NCBI GenBank assembly: GCA_021786315.1
Contig: JAJYNN010000003.1
Span: 67,360 to 131,359, forward strand
Source: a bacterium
Lineage (GTDB): Bacteria > Patescibacteriota > Microgenomatia > Daviesbacterales > UBA10151
Reading direction: 5' to 3'
Length of the DNA: 64,000 bases
Below are positions 9,633-19,720 of this stretch, piece after piece. A program made the position numbers and the translations under genes. How positions within the stretch are numbered: the first letter of the stretch is position 1; each line of letters starts with the position of its first letter. The notes under the pieces were generated by a model. That model was not told the origin of the DNA. It searched no databases and saw only the letters and a list, made by a program, of their open reading frames with translations.

Positions 9633-10170
9633 AAACCACCTTTCCGGTAAAGCTCCTGGCTATCTCATCCCCAACTTCTTCGATGCTTTTGCTGCCATCA
9701 ATCCTGATTAGTTTATTTTGTTTTTGATAAAAATCTAAAACCGGCTCAGTCAGCTGGTGAAAAATGGACAACCGCTGTTCAATTACCTCCGGAGTATCAT
9801 CTTCCCGGCCTCTTTGGAGTAACCTTTTTTCCGCTAACTCATCGGAAATGTCCAGGTAAAAAACTATGTCAAACTTGGGATCATAGGCTTTGAGCTGGGC
9901 TATTTCCCTGGGGTAACCATCCAAAATAAAGCCTGTCCGGTATTCAGGCTTTTCCAACTCATCCCGCAAAATTTTAGCCATTACCTCATCATCAATTAAT
10001 CTTCCGGCTTCCAAATCCTCTTTGACAGATCTCCCAATAACATCATCTGCTTCTGCCCTTTTACGGGCCAGGTCGCCGGCAGACGAAAAGGCTATCCTTA
10101 ACTTATCGGACAAAAGCTCTGCTTGGGTGGTCTTGCCTGAACCTTGGGGGCCAGTGATGAGTATTCTCAT
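9619..10170 (-). CDS. adk: Adenylate kinase (short form)
   Basis: MRILITGPQGSGKTTQAELL P-loop. 183 aa. Confidence 0.9.
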   Translation of the reverse strand: MRILITGPQGSGKTTQAELLSDKLRIAFSSAGDLARKRAEADDVIGRSVKEDLEAGRLIDDEVMAKILRDELEKPEYRTGFILDGYPREIAQLKAYDPKFDIVFYLDISDELAEKRLLQRGREDDTPEVIEQRLSIFHQLTEPVLDFYQKQNKLIRIDGSKSIEEVGDEIARSFTGKVVYGAV

Positions 10171-10174
10171 AGGC

Positions 10175-11461
10175 TTATTTTAAGAAGGATTCGTAGTTCC
10201 TCTCGACTAGTTTGCTCTCGAATTGTTTGGCAGTATCCAAAATTACCGAAACCACAATCAAAAGCCCGGTGCCCCCCAAAGCCAAGGTGGTAACGTTAGT
10301 AATTTGGGAAACAATCGAAGGCAAGATTGCCACTATCCCCAAAAAGAGAGCTCCGGCCAAGGTAATCCTATTCAAGATATAAGTTAGATAGCTGGCCGTG
10401 GCTTCCCCCGGCCTGATTCCGGCAATAAAAGCCCCGGCTTTTTTCAATTCATCGGCAATCTTGTTGGGGTTGAAAACGACAGCCGTATAAAAGTAGGTAA
10501 AGCCAATCACCAGGAAAAAGTAGGTTAAGTTATAAGTTAAAGAGCGCACCTGGAAGTTGGCAATAAACCACCTACCAATATTTTGTAAAGCCGGCTGGGG
10601 AAGTTGGGATAAGTACTGGCCGGCAAACGACGGAATTAATACCAAAGACACCGCAAAGATAATCGGGATCACACCGGCTTGGTTGACCCGCAGCGGCAGG
10701 TACATTGAAGCCCGGTTAACTTCCCGCCCCCCGGTAAAACGCCGGGCATATTGGACCAAAACCTGCCTTCGGCCTTCATTAATAAAGACTACCCCAGCAG
10801 TAATTGCCAAAGCCAAAGCCGCAAAAAGAAGATAATTTAGGATTTGCTGGGTATCAACCAAGGAAGCAGTTTGGGCAACCGTCACCGGCATCCGGGCCAC
10901 AATACCGGCAAAAATCAGAAGAGAGATGCCGTTGCCGATACCGTATTCGGTAATCAATTCCCCCAGCCACATGGCAAAAAGTGTGCCGGCAGTCATGGTG
11001 ACAATTATAAGAAGAATGCTTAAAGGATTAAATTGGAGGATAATCCCCTGGTTTTTGAGCAGGGTAAACATGGCAATTGACTGCAACACCGCCAAAGGAA
11101 CAGTCAGATACCTGGTATATTGGTTAATTTTTTGCCTGCCGTACTCACCCTCTTTGGATAAGGCCTCAAGGGAGGGGAAGACCATAGTTAAAAGCTGGAT
11201 AATAATCGAGGCATTAATATAAGGATTAAGTCCTAAAGAGATAACTGAGAAATTAGCTAAAGTCCCGCCTGAAAAAATATCCAAAAGACCTAAAAATTGG
11301 TTCCCGGAGAAAAGAGAACGTAATGCCTGTAAATCTACCCCGCTTACCGGAATATGGGCTGCAATTCGGTAAACAATGATGATTATGGCAGTGATAATGA
11401 TTTTTCGGCGAAGTTCAGGGATCTTAAGGGAGTTAATTATCGGGGCAAGGAAGCTAGTCAC
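10175..11461 (-). CDS. secY: Preprotein translocase subunit SecY
   Basis: Ten TM segments and a typical SecY sequence. The ORF-track ATG at 11488 has no SD and overlaps rplO by 35 nt. An in-frame GTG at 11461 is preceded by AGGAGGG and overlaps the rplO stop by only 7 nt, so I prefer the GTG start. Confidence 0.85.
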   Translation of the reverse strand: MTSFLAPIINSLKIPELRRKIIITAIIIIVYRIAAHIPVSGVDLQALRSLFSGNQFLGLLDIFSGGTLANFSVISLGLNPYINASIIIQLLTMVFPSLEALSKEGEYGRQKINQYTRYLTVPLAVLQSIAMFTLLKNQGIILQFNPLSILLIIVTMTAGTLFAMWLGELITEYGIGNGISLLIFAGIVARMPVTVAQTASLVDTQQILNYLLFAALALAITAGVVFINEGRRQVLVQYARRFTGGREVNRASMYLPLRVNQAGVIPIIFAVSLVLIPSFAGQYLSQLPQPALQNIGRWFIANFQVRSLTYNLTYFFLVIGFTYFYTAVVFNPNKIADELKKAGAFIAGIRPGEATASYLTYILNRITLAGALFLGIVAILPSIVSQITNVTTLALGGTGLLIVVSVILDTAKQFESKLVERNYESFLK

Positions 11462-11894
11462 GAATAACTTTCCCTCCTGCTTTTTCAATCTTGGCGGCAG
11501 CTGAAGCAGTCACGGGTAATTTTATATTTAAAGCTTTGGTAATCTCACCATCACTCATAATTTTGACTCCATACTTTTTCGCATTACTTTCAGAGACTAA
11601 ACCTTTTTCAATAACGCTTTGCAAATCGATTGTTGTCCCTGCAGCAAAAGCAGAAAGCTTATCTAAAGATAATGTTACCATTTTTGCGCTCATTTTAGGA
11701 TTACCCAATCCCCGACGGTAGGGGAACTTTTTGTACATGGGAAGTGTTCCCCCGATAAATCCGGGAGCAACCTTACCACGGGCTTTTTGGCCTTTGGTTC
11801 CCCGTCCGGAGGTTTTTCCTTTTCCGGATCCCAAACCCCGGCCAACCCTTTTCTTCGATCTTTCGACAACTTTGCTTAATTCGTGTAGTTTCAT
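11454..11894 (-). CDS. rplO: 50S ribosomal protein L15
   Basis: [28 protein letters not shown] is typical uL15. Confidence 0.9.
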   Translation of the reverse strand: MKLHELSKVVERSKKRVGRGLGSGKGKTSGRGTKGQKARGKVAPGFIGGTLPMYKKFPYRRGLGNPKMSAKMVTLSLDKLSAFAAGTTIDLQSVIEKGLVSESNAKKYGVKIMSDGEITKALNIKLPVTASAAAKIEKAGGKVIRD

Positions 11895-11895
11895 C

Positions 11896-12408
11896 TTATT
11901 TCTTCCCTTTTTTAGCTCTTTTTACCTTTGGCTCCTCTGACTCATTCGACTCTCTGACTTTTAATTTCAATTCTTTTAACGCCTCCAAGGTAGCATAAAT
12001 ATTGGAAGCCCGGTTGCTGGTTCCGATAATCTTAGAAACTACATCGGAAATTCCTGCAGCATCAACAACCACCCGCACCGCTCCTCCGGCAATAATACCA
12101 GTACCTGCGGGAGCTGGTTTCAGCAAAACTTTAGCCGCGCCTCTTTTAATCACTACAGTGTGGGGAATAGTCCGGTTATCAACTAAAGGAACAGTGATCA
12201 TATGTCTTTTGGCATAAGTTGAGGCCTTTCTGACCGCTGACTGAACATCGGAAGCTTTACCTAAGCCCACACCAACCCGGCCTTTTTTATCACCGGCAAC
12301 CACCAAAACCGAAAGGGACCTTTTGTCTCCGCCTTTGGTCTTTTTGGAGACCCGGTTTACCTGGACAACTTTTTCGAAAAATTCCGGAACAATTACATCT
12401 GGATTCAT
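11896..12408 (-). CDS. rpsE: 30S ribosomal protein S5 (with Lys/Glu-rich C-terminal tail)
   Basis: VNRVSKKTKGGDKRSLSVLVVAGDKKGRVGVGLGKA is typical uS5. It is directly followed by rplO with no L30 gene between. Confidence 0.95.
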   Translation of the reverse strand: MNPDVIVPEFFEKVVQVNRVSKKTKGGDKRSLSVLVVAGDKKGRVGVGLGKASDVQSAVRKASTYAKRHMITVPLVDNRTIPHTVVIKRGAAKVLLKPAPAGTGIIAGGAVRVVVDAAGISDVVSKIIGTSNRASNIYATLEALKELKLKVRESNESEEPKVKRAKKGKK

Positions 12409-12409
12409 A

Positions 12410-12754
12410 TTAGAACTTTAAGCCTCCTTCTCTGGCGCCGCTGGCCAACTTTTCCACTCTTCCGTGATAGGCATAACCGCCACGGTCAAATACTACCTCT
12501 TGGATAGCTTTTTTCAAAGCCTTTTCCGCCAACTTTTTACCGATTTCAAAAGAGATATCCATTTTTGTTTTTCCTTTTTTCTCCAGCTTCATGTCGGACT
12601 CGGCCACCAGGGTCTTGCCCTGGGCATCATCGATAATTTGGGCATAAATGTGCTGGCTGGAACGGTAAACCGCCAAACGCGGACGGGCTGTTGTTCCGGC
12701 TAAATGCTTTCTGACCCTGATATGTCGCTTGTTTCTGCTGGCAACTTTGTTCAT
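12410..12754 (-). CDS. rplR: 50S ribosomal protein L18
   Basis: RPRLAVYRSSQHIYAQIIDD...VFDRGGYAYHGRVEKLASGAREGGLKF is typical uL18. Confidence 0.9.
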   Translation of the reverse strand: MNKVASRNKRHIRVRKHLAGTTARPRLAVYRSSQHIYAQIIDDAQGKTLVAESDMKLEKKGKTKMDISFEIGKKLAEKALKKAIQEVVFDRGGYAYHGRVEKLASGAREGGLKF

Positions 12755-12755
12755 A

Positions 12756-13307
12756 TTATTTTCCTGCTCCTACCTTTCCGGCCTTGCCTGCTTTTCTCTT
12801 TACATATTCACCGCTGTAGCGGATACCTTTCCCCTGGTAAGGTTCCGGCGGCCTGACACCGCGAATCTTGGCGGCGATTTGACCAACCAAATGTTTATCA
12901 ATTCCCGAAACTTTAACCTTGGTATTATCCTCAACGGCAAATTTAATTCCTTCCGGGGCTTCAATTTCTACAGGATGGGAATAACCAACGTTTAAAGTTA
13001 TCTTTTCCGGAGAACCCTGGACCCTATAACCTACTCCCACCAATTCCAGCTTTTTCTCCCAGCCTTTGGAAACACCGCTTACCATATTAAAAAGCAATGA
13101 TCTTGTCAAACCGTGCAGAGACCGGGACACCTTGTCCTCTTTGTGGCGTTTAACGATTAATACCTGATCTTCCTGCTCAATCTTCACCTCAGGACGAGTT
13201 TCCATATGTAATTCTCCTAAAGGACCGGTAGCTTTGACCTTGCGGCCCTCAATCTCGACATTTACTCCGGCAGGTATTTCAATGGGTGCATTACCAATTC
13301 TTGACAT
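12756..13307 (-). CDS. rplF: 50S ribosomal protein L6
   Basis: MSRIGNAPIEIPAGVNVEI... is typical uL6. The ORF-track start at 13319 is a TTG; the ATG at 13307 matches canonical L6 N-termini. Confidence 0.9.
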   Translation of the reverse strand: MSRIGNAPIEIPAGVNVEIEGRKVKATGPLGELHMETRPEVKIEQEDQVLIVKRHKEDKVSRSLHGLTRSLLFNMVSGVSKGWEKKLELVGVGYRVQGSPEKITLNVGYSHPVEIEAPEGIKFAVEDNTKVKVSGIDKHLVGQIAAKIRGVRPPEPYQGKGIRYSGEYVKRKAGKAGKVGAGK

Positions 13308-13312
13308 AAAGC

Positions 13313-13702
13313 TTACCAAACGTAGGCCATGATCTCTCCGCCTACCTTCTCCTTTCTTGCCTCTTTATCAGACATAATTCCTCTTGGTGTGGAAATAATG
13401 GCAATTCCTAGCCCATCAAATACCCAAGGTAAATCTTTGTTCCCACGGTAAACCCGAAGTCCGGGTTTGGAGATTCTCCGCACTCCGGAAAGGGCCGGGG
13501 TAGCCAGGGATCCGGCTTCTTTGTGGTATTTCAAGGTAACCTTGATATTCCGGTCTTGTACCTTGCAGCCGTCAATGTAGCCTTCCTTCTGCAAAAGCTC
13601 ACAGATAGCTGCCCCTAATTTTGAGCGGGAAACAGTGACCTCTTTTAAGGAAGCCATATAACCGTTTTTAATTCTGATTAATAAATCTCCAACTTTATCC
13701 AT
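13313..13702 (-). CDS. rpsH: 30S ribosomal protein S8
   Basis: MDKVGDLLIRIKNGYMA...GGEIMAYVW is typical uS8. The upstream extension in the ORF track (to 13729) would overlap rpsN; the Met at 13702 matches S8 N-termini. Confidence 0.9.
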   Translation of the reverse strand: MDKVGDLLIRIKNGYMASLKEVTVSRSKLGAAICELLQKEGYIDGCKVQDRNIKVTLKYHKEAGSLATPALSGVRRISKPGLRVYRGNKDLPWVFDGLGIAIISTPRGIMSDKEARKEKVGGEIMAYVW

Positions 13703-13706
13703 AATG

Positions 13707-13886
13707 TTACCAGCTCGCTTTCTTGACACCCGGCAATTGGCCGTTGTGGGCTAATTCTCTAAAACAAAGCCTGCATACACCAAACTTGCGGATCACACCG
13801 CGGGACCTGCCGCAGCGAACACAGCGGCTATGATAGCGGACTTGGTATTTTTCTTTATTTTTAACTACATTACTTGTTTTAGCCAT
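13707..13886 (-). CDS. rpsN: 30S ribosomal protein S14 type Z (zinc-binding; not in the ORF track)
   Basis: The reverse complement translates to [59 protein letters not shown] (59 aa). CxxC...CxxC and the C-terminal [11 protein letters not shown]-type ending are canonical for S14Z. It sits between rplE and rpsH. Confidence 0.9.
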   Translation of the reverse strand: MAKTSNVVKNKEKYQVRYHSRCVRCGRSRGVIRKFGVCRLCFRELAHNGQLPGVKKASW

Positions 13887-13898
13887 ATATTTCTTTTT

Positions 13899-14453
13899 TT
13901 AATTCTTTTTAAAAGGCATCCCTAAAAGCTCCAAGAGCTTTCTGCCTTGTTGTTTGTCGCGAGCAGTAGTGACAATCGTAATTTCCATCCCCCGGGTTTT
14001 TCCGTCGGTGTTTTGTCCGACATAACTGACTTCAGGGAAAAGTGTCTGCTCCTTTAACCCCAAGTTAAAGTTTCCCTGGTTGTCAAAAGAAGTAGTTGGC
14101 ACTCCCCGAAAATCCCGGACTTTCGGCAAGACGATTGTTACCAACTTGTCAAAAAACTCGTACATTCTATCACCTCGAAGGGTAACCATCACCCCGACAG
14201 CCTGACCTTGGGCCAACTTAAACCCGGAGATAGACTTTTTAGCTCTTGTTACCTGGGGCTTTTGCCCGGATAAAGCACTCAAGTTTTCCTGGATCTTGTC
14301 CAAAGCGGCCGCATTATCTTTAGCATCACCGGCTCCAACATTGATGACAATCTTTTCCATTCTTGGTACCTCTAAGTCATTGACAAACCCAAACTCTTCC
14401 TTAAGCTTCGGTTTGATCTCTTTTTGATATTTTTCAGTTACCCTGGTACTCAT
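13899..14453 (-). CDS. rplE: 50S ribosomal protein L5
   Basis: 184 aa. Typical uL5 core (…RGMEITIVTTA…). Confidence 0.95.
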   Translation of the reverse strand: MSTRVTEKYQKEIKPKLKEEFGFVNDLEVPRMEKIVINVGAGDAKDNAAALDKIQENLSALSGQKPQVTRAKKSISGFKLAQGQAVGVMVTLRGDRMYEFFDKLVTIVLPKVRDFRGVPTTSFDNQGNFNLGLKEQTLFPEVSYVGQNTDGKTRGMEITIVTTARDKQQGRKLLELLGMPFKKN

Positions 14454-14456
14454 AAT

Positions 14457-14771
14457 TTATTTAATAACCTCCTTGCATTTTTTGCATACCCGGTATTTTT
14501 CCTGTCCTTCAATTTTGTATCCAACCCTGGTTTCCTTTTTACAATTTGGACAAACCAAAGCTACATTGCTTACCGGAAGAGGCTTAGGCAAATCCAAAAT
14601 TCCTCCCTCGTTTTGTCCTGTCCTTCGGATGTGTCTTTTGTAAAGGTTTACCCCTTCCACTAAAACCTTGTTATCTTTAGAAAAAACACGGACCACCTGA
14701 CCGGTTTTACCGGCATCTTTTCCTGTTAATATTTTGACTGTGTCGCTTTTTTTAATCTTCATTTTTACCAT
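14457..14771 (-). CDS. rplX: 50S ribosomal protein L24, with a C-terminal 4-Cys zinc-ribbon-like extension
   Basis: The KOW motif [21 protein letters not shown] is followed by CPNCKK...CKKCKEVIK. Confidence 0.9.
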   Translation of the reverse strand: MVKMKIKKSDTVKILTGKDAGKTGQVVRVFSKDNKVLVEGVNLYKRHIRRTGQNEGGILDLPKPLPVSNVALVCPNCKKETRVGYKIEGQEKYRVCKKCKEVIK

Positions 14772-15133
14772 ACCTCCGGTGCCAATGAGGCAATTTTGGT
14801 ATAACCTTTATCACGGACTTCCCTGGCTACCGGCCCAAAGACACGGGTAGCCCTTAAGTTCTTGTCTTTGTCCACAATTACTCCGGCATTCTCATCAAAC
14901 TTTACATAAGATCCATCAGCCCGGCGGACTTCTTTCCTGGTCCGGACGATTACGGATTTGACAACTTCCTTATCCTTCACCTGTCCGTTAGGGACAGCGC
15001 CCTCAACAACTGCCACCACCAATTCACCAACACTGGCTTTCCTTTTTCCGGAACCTCCTAAAGGCTGGATTACCCTTAAAAGCTTGGCTCCGCTATTGTC
15101 GGCAACTTTAATAACTGATCTGTGCTGTACCAT
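14765..15133 (-). CDS. rplN: 50S ribosomal protein L14
   Basis: [23 protein letters not shown]...[24 protein letters not shown] is typical uL14. Confidence 0.95.
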   Translation of the reverse strand: MVQHRSVIKVADNSGAKLLRVIQPLGGSGKRKASVGELVVAVVEGAVPNGQVKDKEVVKSVIVRTRKEVRRADGSYVKFDENAGVIVDKDKNLRATRVFGPVAREVRDKGYTKIASLAPEVW

Positions 15134-15627
15134 TATTTTTTACCTCTCTTTGTTTTCTTCTCACTCTTCTCTTCTTTTTCTTCTATCTTCTCTTCTGATT
15201 TCTCTGATATACCGACACTCTGATCCTCTGACTCACTGATCTTCTGATCTTCCGATTCCTCTGATTCTGGCATTACCTCTGCAATTGCTTCTTTGGCCTC
15301 TTCTTTCAGCTGCTCAGTCACAATAGCCTCAATATCCTTACCAACCACTCTTAAGATCTGGAAGTGCTTATTGGCAGACATTGGTTTGATTTGAACAATC
15401 TCCACCAAATCCCCCTCAGAAACGCCTAAAGTATCATGAACAAGATATTTCTTAGTGCGTCTGAAGGTCTTTCCATACAAAGGGTGAGTTTTGACGCTCT
15501 CCACGATTACAGTCACGGTTTGTGGCTGCTTGGCCGACGTCACCCTTCCGCGGGTTACGGTTTTGGCTTTTTGCATTAACGACTTCTCTTCTTTCATATT
15601 TTGGTTCTTTTTAACTACTTTAGGCAT
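15133..15627 (-). CDS. rpsQ: 30S ribosomal protein S17 with ~80-aa acidic Ser/Glu-rich C-terminal extension
   Basis: Core [11 protein letters not shown]...[18 protein letters not shown]. The start is moved to the ATG at 15627 (MPKVVKK), which has a perfect SD (AAGGAGG, 6-nt spacing) and sits 2 nt after the rpmC stop. The C-terminal tail contains the repeat element at 15192-15268. Confidence 0.85.
   Translation of the reverse strand: MPKVVKKNQNMKEEKSLMQKAKTVTRGRVTSAKQPQTVTVIVESVKTHPLYGKTFRRTKKYLVHDTLGVSEGDLVEIVQIKPMSANKHFQILRVVGKDIEAIVTEQLKEEAKEAIAEVMPESEESEDQKISESEDQSVGISEKSEEKIEEKEEKSEKKTKRGKK
15192..15268. repeat. In-frame palindromic repeat element, copy in the rpsQ C-terminus
   Basis: ttctctgatataccgacactctgatcctctgactcactgatcttctgatcttccgattcctctgattc. 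Confidence 0.55.
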
Positions 15628-15859
15628 TCTTTTCCTCCTTTTGGGCTGCTTCAAACGCTGCCAATACTACTTTTTGCTGCAATACGGTCTGCATTTGCGC
15701 TAAATCCTTTCTTTTATTTTTAATAGCTTTCAAGTTTGTCATCTTATTCGTAACTTTATCAAGTGTCAACTTGGCAATTTCCTCCTCGGCCTTTTTAATT
15801 TGGCCTTCCAGGTTCTTAATGTCTGTTTTTTTAATTTCTGCTAAATCGCTTTTTTTCAT
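15620..15859 (-). CDS. rpmC: 50S ribosomal protein L29
   Basis: 79 aa, helical. MKKSDLAEIKKTDIKNLEGQIKKAEEEIAKL resembles uL29. Its position between rplP and rpsQ is conserved. Confidence 0.85.
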   Translation of the reverse strand: MKKSDLAEIKKTDIKNLEGQIKKAEEEIAKLTLDKVTNKMTNLKAIKNKRKDLAQMQTVLQQKVVLAAFEAAQKEEKNA

Positions 15860-15891
15860 AATTTTGTTAAAAATTTCAAGCTTTGCTTATA

Positions 15892-16308
15892 TTAACTTTC
15901 CTTAGTTACAAACTTAGTTTTTAACGGCAATTTGTGAGCTGCCAGCCTTAAGGCTTCAGTGGCGGTAGCAGAATTTACAGCTCCCATCTCAAAAATAATG
16001 CTTCCAGGCTTAACCACTGCCACATACCCAATAACCTCACCTTTACCGGATCCCATTCTGGATTCAGCCGGGTGCTTGGTAATTGGCTTATCAGGAAAAA
16101 TCCTGATCCAAAGTCTTCCCCCACGAGCCGTAAAGTGGGTGATGGTGCGTCTGGCCGCCTCAATTTGGCGGGAAGTGACCCACCCTCTTTCCGTCGACTT
16201 TAGGCCAAAGGTTCCAAAAGACAAATCGTTACCCCGGCTGGCTACTCCGCCTCTTTTGCCGCGGAAAGTCTTGCGGTATTTTACTCTTTTAGGTACTAAA
16301 AGTGCCAT
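15892..16308 (-). CDS. rplP: 50S ribosomal protein L16
   Basis: [24 protein letters not shown]...[19 protein letters not shown] is typical uL16. Confidence 0.95.
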   Translation of the reverse strand: MALLVPKRVKYRKTFRGKRGGVASRGNDLSFGTFGLKSTERGWVTSRQIEAARRTITHFTARGGRLWIRIFPDKPITKHPAESRMGSGKGEVIGYVAVVKPGSIIFEMGAVNSATATEALRLAAHKLPLKTKFVTKES

Positions 16309-16309
16309 A

Positions 16310-16954
16310 TTAAGCCTTTACCGCCTCCCCCCGGTTAATCCAAACTTTAACCCCGACATAGCCGGACTTAGTTAAAGCCGGGACTGCTGCAAAATCAATA
16401 TCTTGTCTTAAAGTGTGAAGCGGCATAGTTCCCAAAGACTTTCCTTCACGCCGGGCAATTTCTGCTCCCCCAATTCTTCCGGAAAGGATGATCTTTACTC
16501 CTTTAGCCCCAGCCCGCATCACTCTTTCCACTGATTGGTTCATTACCCTCTGAGCAGGCAGCCTTTTGGCTAACTGTTCAGCAATGTTTTGAGCCACTAG
16601 ATAAGCAGAGAGGTCAGGAGCCCGGACATCCATCGGAGCAATTTCCAGAGCATTCTCATCCTTGACCTCCAACTCCCGCATTAGGAATTTCTTCAGCTCG
16701 GTCAATCCGGTTCCGCCGCGGCCAATTAAAACTCCCGGTCGGGCCACAAAGATTAAGACTTTAACTTTATTAGCCGCTCTCTCGATTTCAACTTTGGTTA
16801 CCCCGGCAGCTTTTAATTTGCGCATTAAAATTTCCCGGATCTTAATATCCTGGGAGACATATTGGCTGTACTTCTTGCTGTCGGCAAACCATCTGGATTG
16901 CCAGGTGGCGCTTGTACCCATCCTAAAACCTACCGGATTAATCTTCTGCCCCAT
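16310..16954 (-). CDS. rpsC: 30S ribosomal protein S3
   Basis: [13 protein letters not shown]...KH domain...[12 protein letters not shown] is typical uS3. Confidence 0.95.
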   Translation of the reverse strand: MGQKINPVGFRMGTSATWQSRWFADSKKYSQYVSQDIKIREILMRKLKAAGVTKVEIERAANKVKVLIFVARPGVLIGRGGTGLTELKKFLMRELEVKDENALEIAPMDVRAPDLSAYLVAQNIAEQLAKRLPAQRVMNQSVERVMRAGAKGVKIILSGRIGGAEIARREGKSLGTMPLHTLRQDIDFAAVPALTKSGYVGVKVWINRGEAVKA

Positions 16955-17337
16955 TACTTTTCCTCCTTCTTAGTAACCTTGGCTTTTTTTACTTTTGGTT
17001 CTGCTTCAGCTGCTTCCGTTAGCACTATCCTGATATGGCTTAATTTCTTTCTGAAAGGCCTGACCCTTCCCCGGGCTCCCGGCTGGAAACGGCCCATCTT
17101 AATTCCTTCGTTGACCTCAAGTTTGGCAAAAGCCAGTTTCTCTTCATCAAGGTTTTGCTGTCTGGCATTACCCAAAGCAGTCTTGATAGCTTTGGCTAAG
17201 TCATCAGCTGCAGCCCTGTTAGTAAACTCCAGGGTGGTTAAAGCCCTGGCAGGCTTCATTTTTCTGACCAGATCAGCCACCAGCCGCAATTTGCGGGGTG
17301 AGCTATGTACATTTTTTTGTATACTTGTTACTTCCAT
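16954..17337 (-). CDS. rplV: 50S ribosomal protein L22 (with Lys-rich C-terminal tail)
   Basis: SPRKLRLVADLVRKMKPARALTTLEF... is typical uL22. Confidence 0.9.
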   Translation of the reverse strand: MEVTSIQKNVHSSPRKLRLVADLVRKMKPARALTTLEFTNRAAADDLAKAIKTALGNARQQNLDEEKLAFAKLEVNEGIKMGRFQPGARGRVRPFRKKLSHIRIVLTEAAEAEPKVKKAKVTKKEEK

Positions 17338-17352
17338 TTTTAATCTCCTTTT

Positions 17353-17637
17353 TTAAGTCTTCGCTGATGATTTTTCAGTCATCTTTCCGTGTCCTTTAAA
17401 ATTCCTGGTTGGAGAAAACTCTCCCAACCTGTGACCGACCATTGATTCACTGACGTAAACCGAAATAAAGTTCTTGCCGTTATGAACCATAAAGGTGTGT
17501 CCGACAAAATCCGGAGAAATCTGGCTGTGTCTGGCCCAGGTCTTAATCGGGGTTTTGGCACCACCGGATTTCTGGTTTAAAACCTTCTTCAATAACTTTT
17601 CATCAATATATGGTCCTTTTTTCAATGATCTAGCCAT
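17353..17637 (-). CDS. rpsS: 30S ribosomal protein S19
   Basis: [19 protein letters not shown]...[32 protein letters not shown] is typical uS19. Confidence 0.95.
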   Translation of the reverse strand: MARSLKKGPYIDEKLLKKVLNQKSGGAKTPIKTWARHSQISPDFVGHTFMVHNGKNFISVYVSESMVGHRLGEFSPTRNFKGHGKMTEKSSAKT

Positions 17638-17639
17638 TT

Positions 17640-18464
17640 TTATTTAGATTTTCTCCTTTTCAAAATATATTTATTCGTATATTTCCCAACTTTTCTGGTC
17701 CTGCCAACAGCCGGTCTGCCGTAATAAGTCATCGGTTTCTTGCGTCCGACTCCGGATCTTCCTTCTCCTCCTCCATGGGCGTGAGAGCGGGGATCCATAG
17801 CTGTACCGCGAACTTTTGGCTTAATACCCATGTGCCTTGATCTTCCGGCCTTACCAAGCTTCATGTGCTTGTACTCTTCGTTACCCAAAGCCCCAATTGT
17901 GGCCATTGATTCCAAGGAAATCATTCTAATCTCCCCGGATGGCATTTTCAAGTGAGCAAAGGGTGGTTGCTTCGCCTGTAATGTTAAGGATGTACCGGCA
18001 CTGCGGCCTAATTGTCCGCCTTTACCGGGGGTCATTTCGACATTGTGGACAACTGTTCCCACCGGCATATTTTTCAGCCTCATGGCATTTCCGGTTTTAA
18101 CTTCAACCTTATCTCCGGAAACTACCTGATCCCCAACTTTTAAGCCTTTTGGAGCCAGGATATAGCGGTACTCGCCATCCGGGTACTTAATCAAGGCAAT
18201 ATTGACGTTACGGTTTGGATCGTAAGCAAAAGCCTCAACTTTACCCGCCACAGTAAACTTATCCCGTTTAAAGTCAACGATCCGGTAATATCTCTTGTGT
18301 CGGCCGCCTTGATGACGGACAGTAACTTTGCCGCCGGAGCGTCCGCTCTTTTTAGGAAGGATTACTTCCAGTCCGGCAGGAACCACGGCCAATTTCCCCG
18401 GCTTGGTCATCCTGGAGGCAAATCTGCGGGTCTTGGTTTTTTCTTTGTACTCAACTAATGCCAT
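17640..18464 (-). CDS. rplB: 50S ribosomal protein L2
   Basis: 274 aa. ...[18 protein letters not shown]...[35 protein letters not shown] is typical uL2. Confidence 0.95.
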   Translation of the reverse strand: MALVEYKEKTKTRRFASRMTKPGKLAVVPAGLEVILPKKSGRSGGKVTVRHQGGRHKRYYRIVDFKRDKFTVAGKVEAFAYDPNRNVNIALIKYPDGEYRYILAPKGLKVGDQVVSGDKVEVKTGNAMRLKNMPVGTVVHNVEMTPGKGGQLGRSAGTSLTLQAKQPPFAHLKMPSGEIRMISLESMATIGALGNEEYKHMKLGKAGRSRHMGIKPKVRGTAMDPRSHAHGGGEGRSGVGRKKPMTYYGRPAVGRTRKVGKYTNKYILKRRKSK

Positions 18465-18541
18465 ATTTTTTCCTTGGACAGATCTGGACTTATCTTCCGG
18501 GAGCTATTTAGTCTGCTTCCCAGATCGTCCATTCGTATCTG

Positions 18542-18961
18542 TTACTTTTTACCCCCTTTTTTCTTTTTTTCATCATTTTCTTTTCCTTCTTTTTCGATCT
18601 TAACTCTGGTGCCTTTTAATAAACTCTTCTTTTCTTTTACTTCAGCCTCTTGTTCTTCCACTTTTTCAACTTTAGCCTCTGTCTCAAACAAACCGATCTT
18701 TTGGCCATCTTTTAGTCTAATCATGGCTTTTTTAGCTTCTCCGGTAGAAAAGTATTTTCTCCTGTTGCCTCTTTGAAGCTTGTTTTGAGCCTTGATGGAA
18801 GCTGTTTTAATATCCACAACTTTGACCCCGAATTGTTTTTCCACTGCCTGGGCAATTACGTGTTTGGTGGCCTTGGCGTTTACCAGAAAGGTATACCAAC
18901 CGGCTTTGGTAAGCCCCACAGATTTTTCAGATACAATCGGTCTTTTTAAGATAATATTCAT
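18542..18961 (-). CDS. rplW: 50S ribosomal protein L23 (with Lys/Glu-rich C-terminal tail)
   Basis: KRPIVSEKSVGLTKAGWYTFLVNAKATKHVIAQAVEKQFGVKVVDI is typical uL23. Confidence 0.85.
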   Translation of the reverse strand: MNIILKRPIVSEKSVGLTKAGWYTFLVNAKATKHVIAQAVEKQFGVKVVDIKTASIKAQNKLQRGNRRKYFSTGEAKKAMIRLKDGQKIGLFETEAKVEKVEEQEAEVKEKKSLLKGTRVKIEKEGKENDEKKKKGGKK

Positions 18962-19065
18962 CAGTGGCTAGTCGCTAGAGTCTTGAATCTAGGACTTAAC
19001 CTCCTTTTCTTGTTTTTTATCCTTACTAGACTCCAAACTCTTGACTCTAGACTCTAGTTTTTCTG
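18962..19065. repeat. CTAGAGTC-type palindromic repeat spanning the rplD 3' end and the rplD-rplW spacer
   Basis: cagtggctagtcgctagagtcttgaatctagg ... ctagactccaaactcttgactctagactctag. Its coding part gives the rplD tail LESRVKSLESS. Confidence 0.4.
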
Positions 19066-19720
19066 CTGCTTCTTTGGTCAGCATTAAGGTTTGGAACTTT
19101 AGAACCTGCATAATATTTAACTGGTCAAAAGCCACCGCCTCCACCTTGGGCAAATTCCGGACAGCCCTTTCCAACTTTTCCGGTGTTTTATCTGTTACCA
19201 AAAGTAAGTTGTTCTTAGCCAATTTATTAACAAATTCCTGAATTTGCTTGGTCTTTCCGGAAACAGTATCTACTCCGGTCACACCCAGAAGGTTGCCGTT
19301 TGAAACTTTAGAAGATAAAGCGGCAACTAAAGCCGCTTTTCTCATCTTCTTGGGTAGATCCAAGGTCACTTTCCGGTATTTTGGACCTAAAGCAATACCT
19401 CCGCCAACAAAGATCGGGGCGCGGAGGGCACCATGCCTAGCTCCACCGGTTCCTTTTTGGGTCCTGATTTTTCTGGTAGAACCCTGGACTTGCCCCCTAG
19501 TTTTAGTGTTGGCAAAATGGGATTTTTGGTTATTGGTATAAACCCTAACAGCCTGGGCCAGAAGGGTTTTATTAACTTTCGCTCCAAAAACCTCTTCCGG
19601 TAAAGACAAAGTGCCACTTTCTACCCCGGTCATGTTATAAACCGGTACCAAAAGACCTTCTGCCTTTTTAGCAGCTACCTTAGTAACTTTTTCAGTTGTT
19701 TCTTTCTTAACTCTCGGCAT
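18989..19720 (-). CDS. rplD: 50S ribosomal protein L4
   Basis: 243 aa. A typical uL4 core (…GSTRKIRTQKGTGGARHGALRAPIFVGGGIALGPK…). The C-terminal tail is encoded by the CTAGAGTC-type repeat. Confidence 0.9.
   Translation of the reverse strand: MPRVKKETTEKVTKVAAKKAEGLLVPVYNMTGVESGTLSLPEEVFGAKVNKTLLAQAVRVYTNNQKSHFANTKTRGQVQGSTRKIRTQKGTGGARHGALRAPIFVGGGIALGPKYRKVTLDLPKKMRKAALVAALSSKVSNGNLLGVTGVDTVSGKTKQIQEFVNKLAKNNLLLVTDKTPEKLERAVRNLPKVEAVAFDQLNIMQVLKFQTLMLTKEAAEKLESRVKSLESSKDKKQEKEVKS

Noticed and set aside
11454-11488. 35-nt out-of-frame overlap of secY with rplO as annotated in the ORF track
   Set aside because: It is more parsimonious to start secY at the in-frame GTG (11461), which has an AGGAGGG SD. 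The long overlap is then an ORF-caller artefact.
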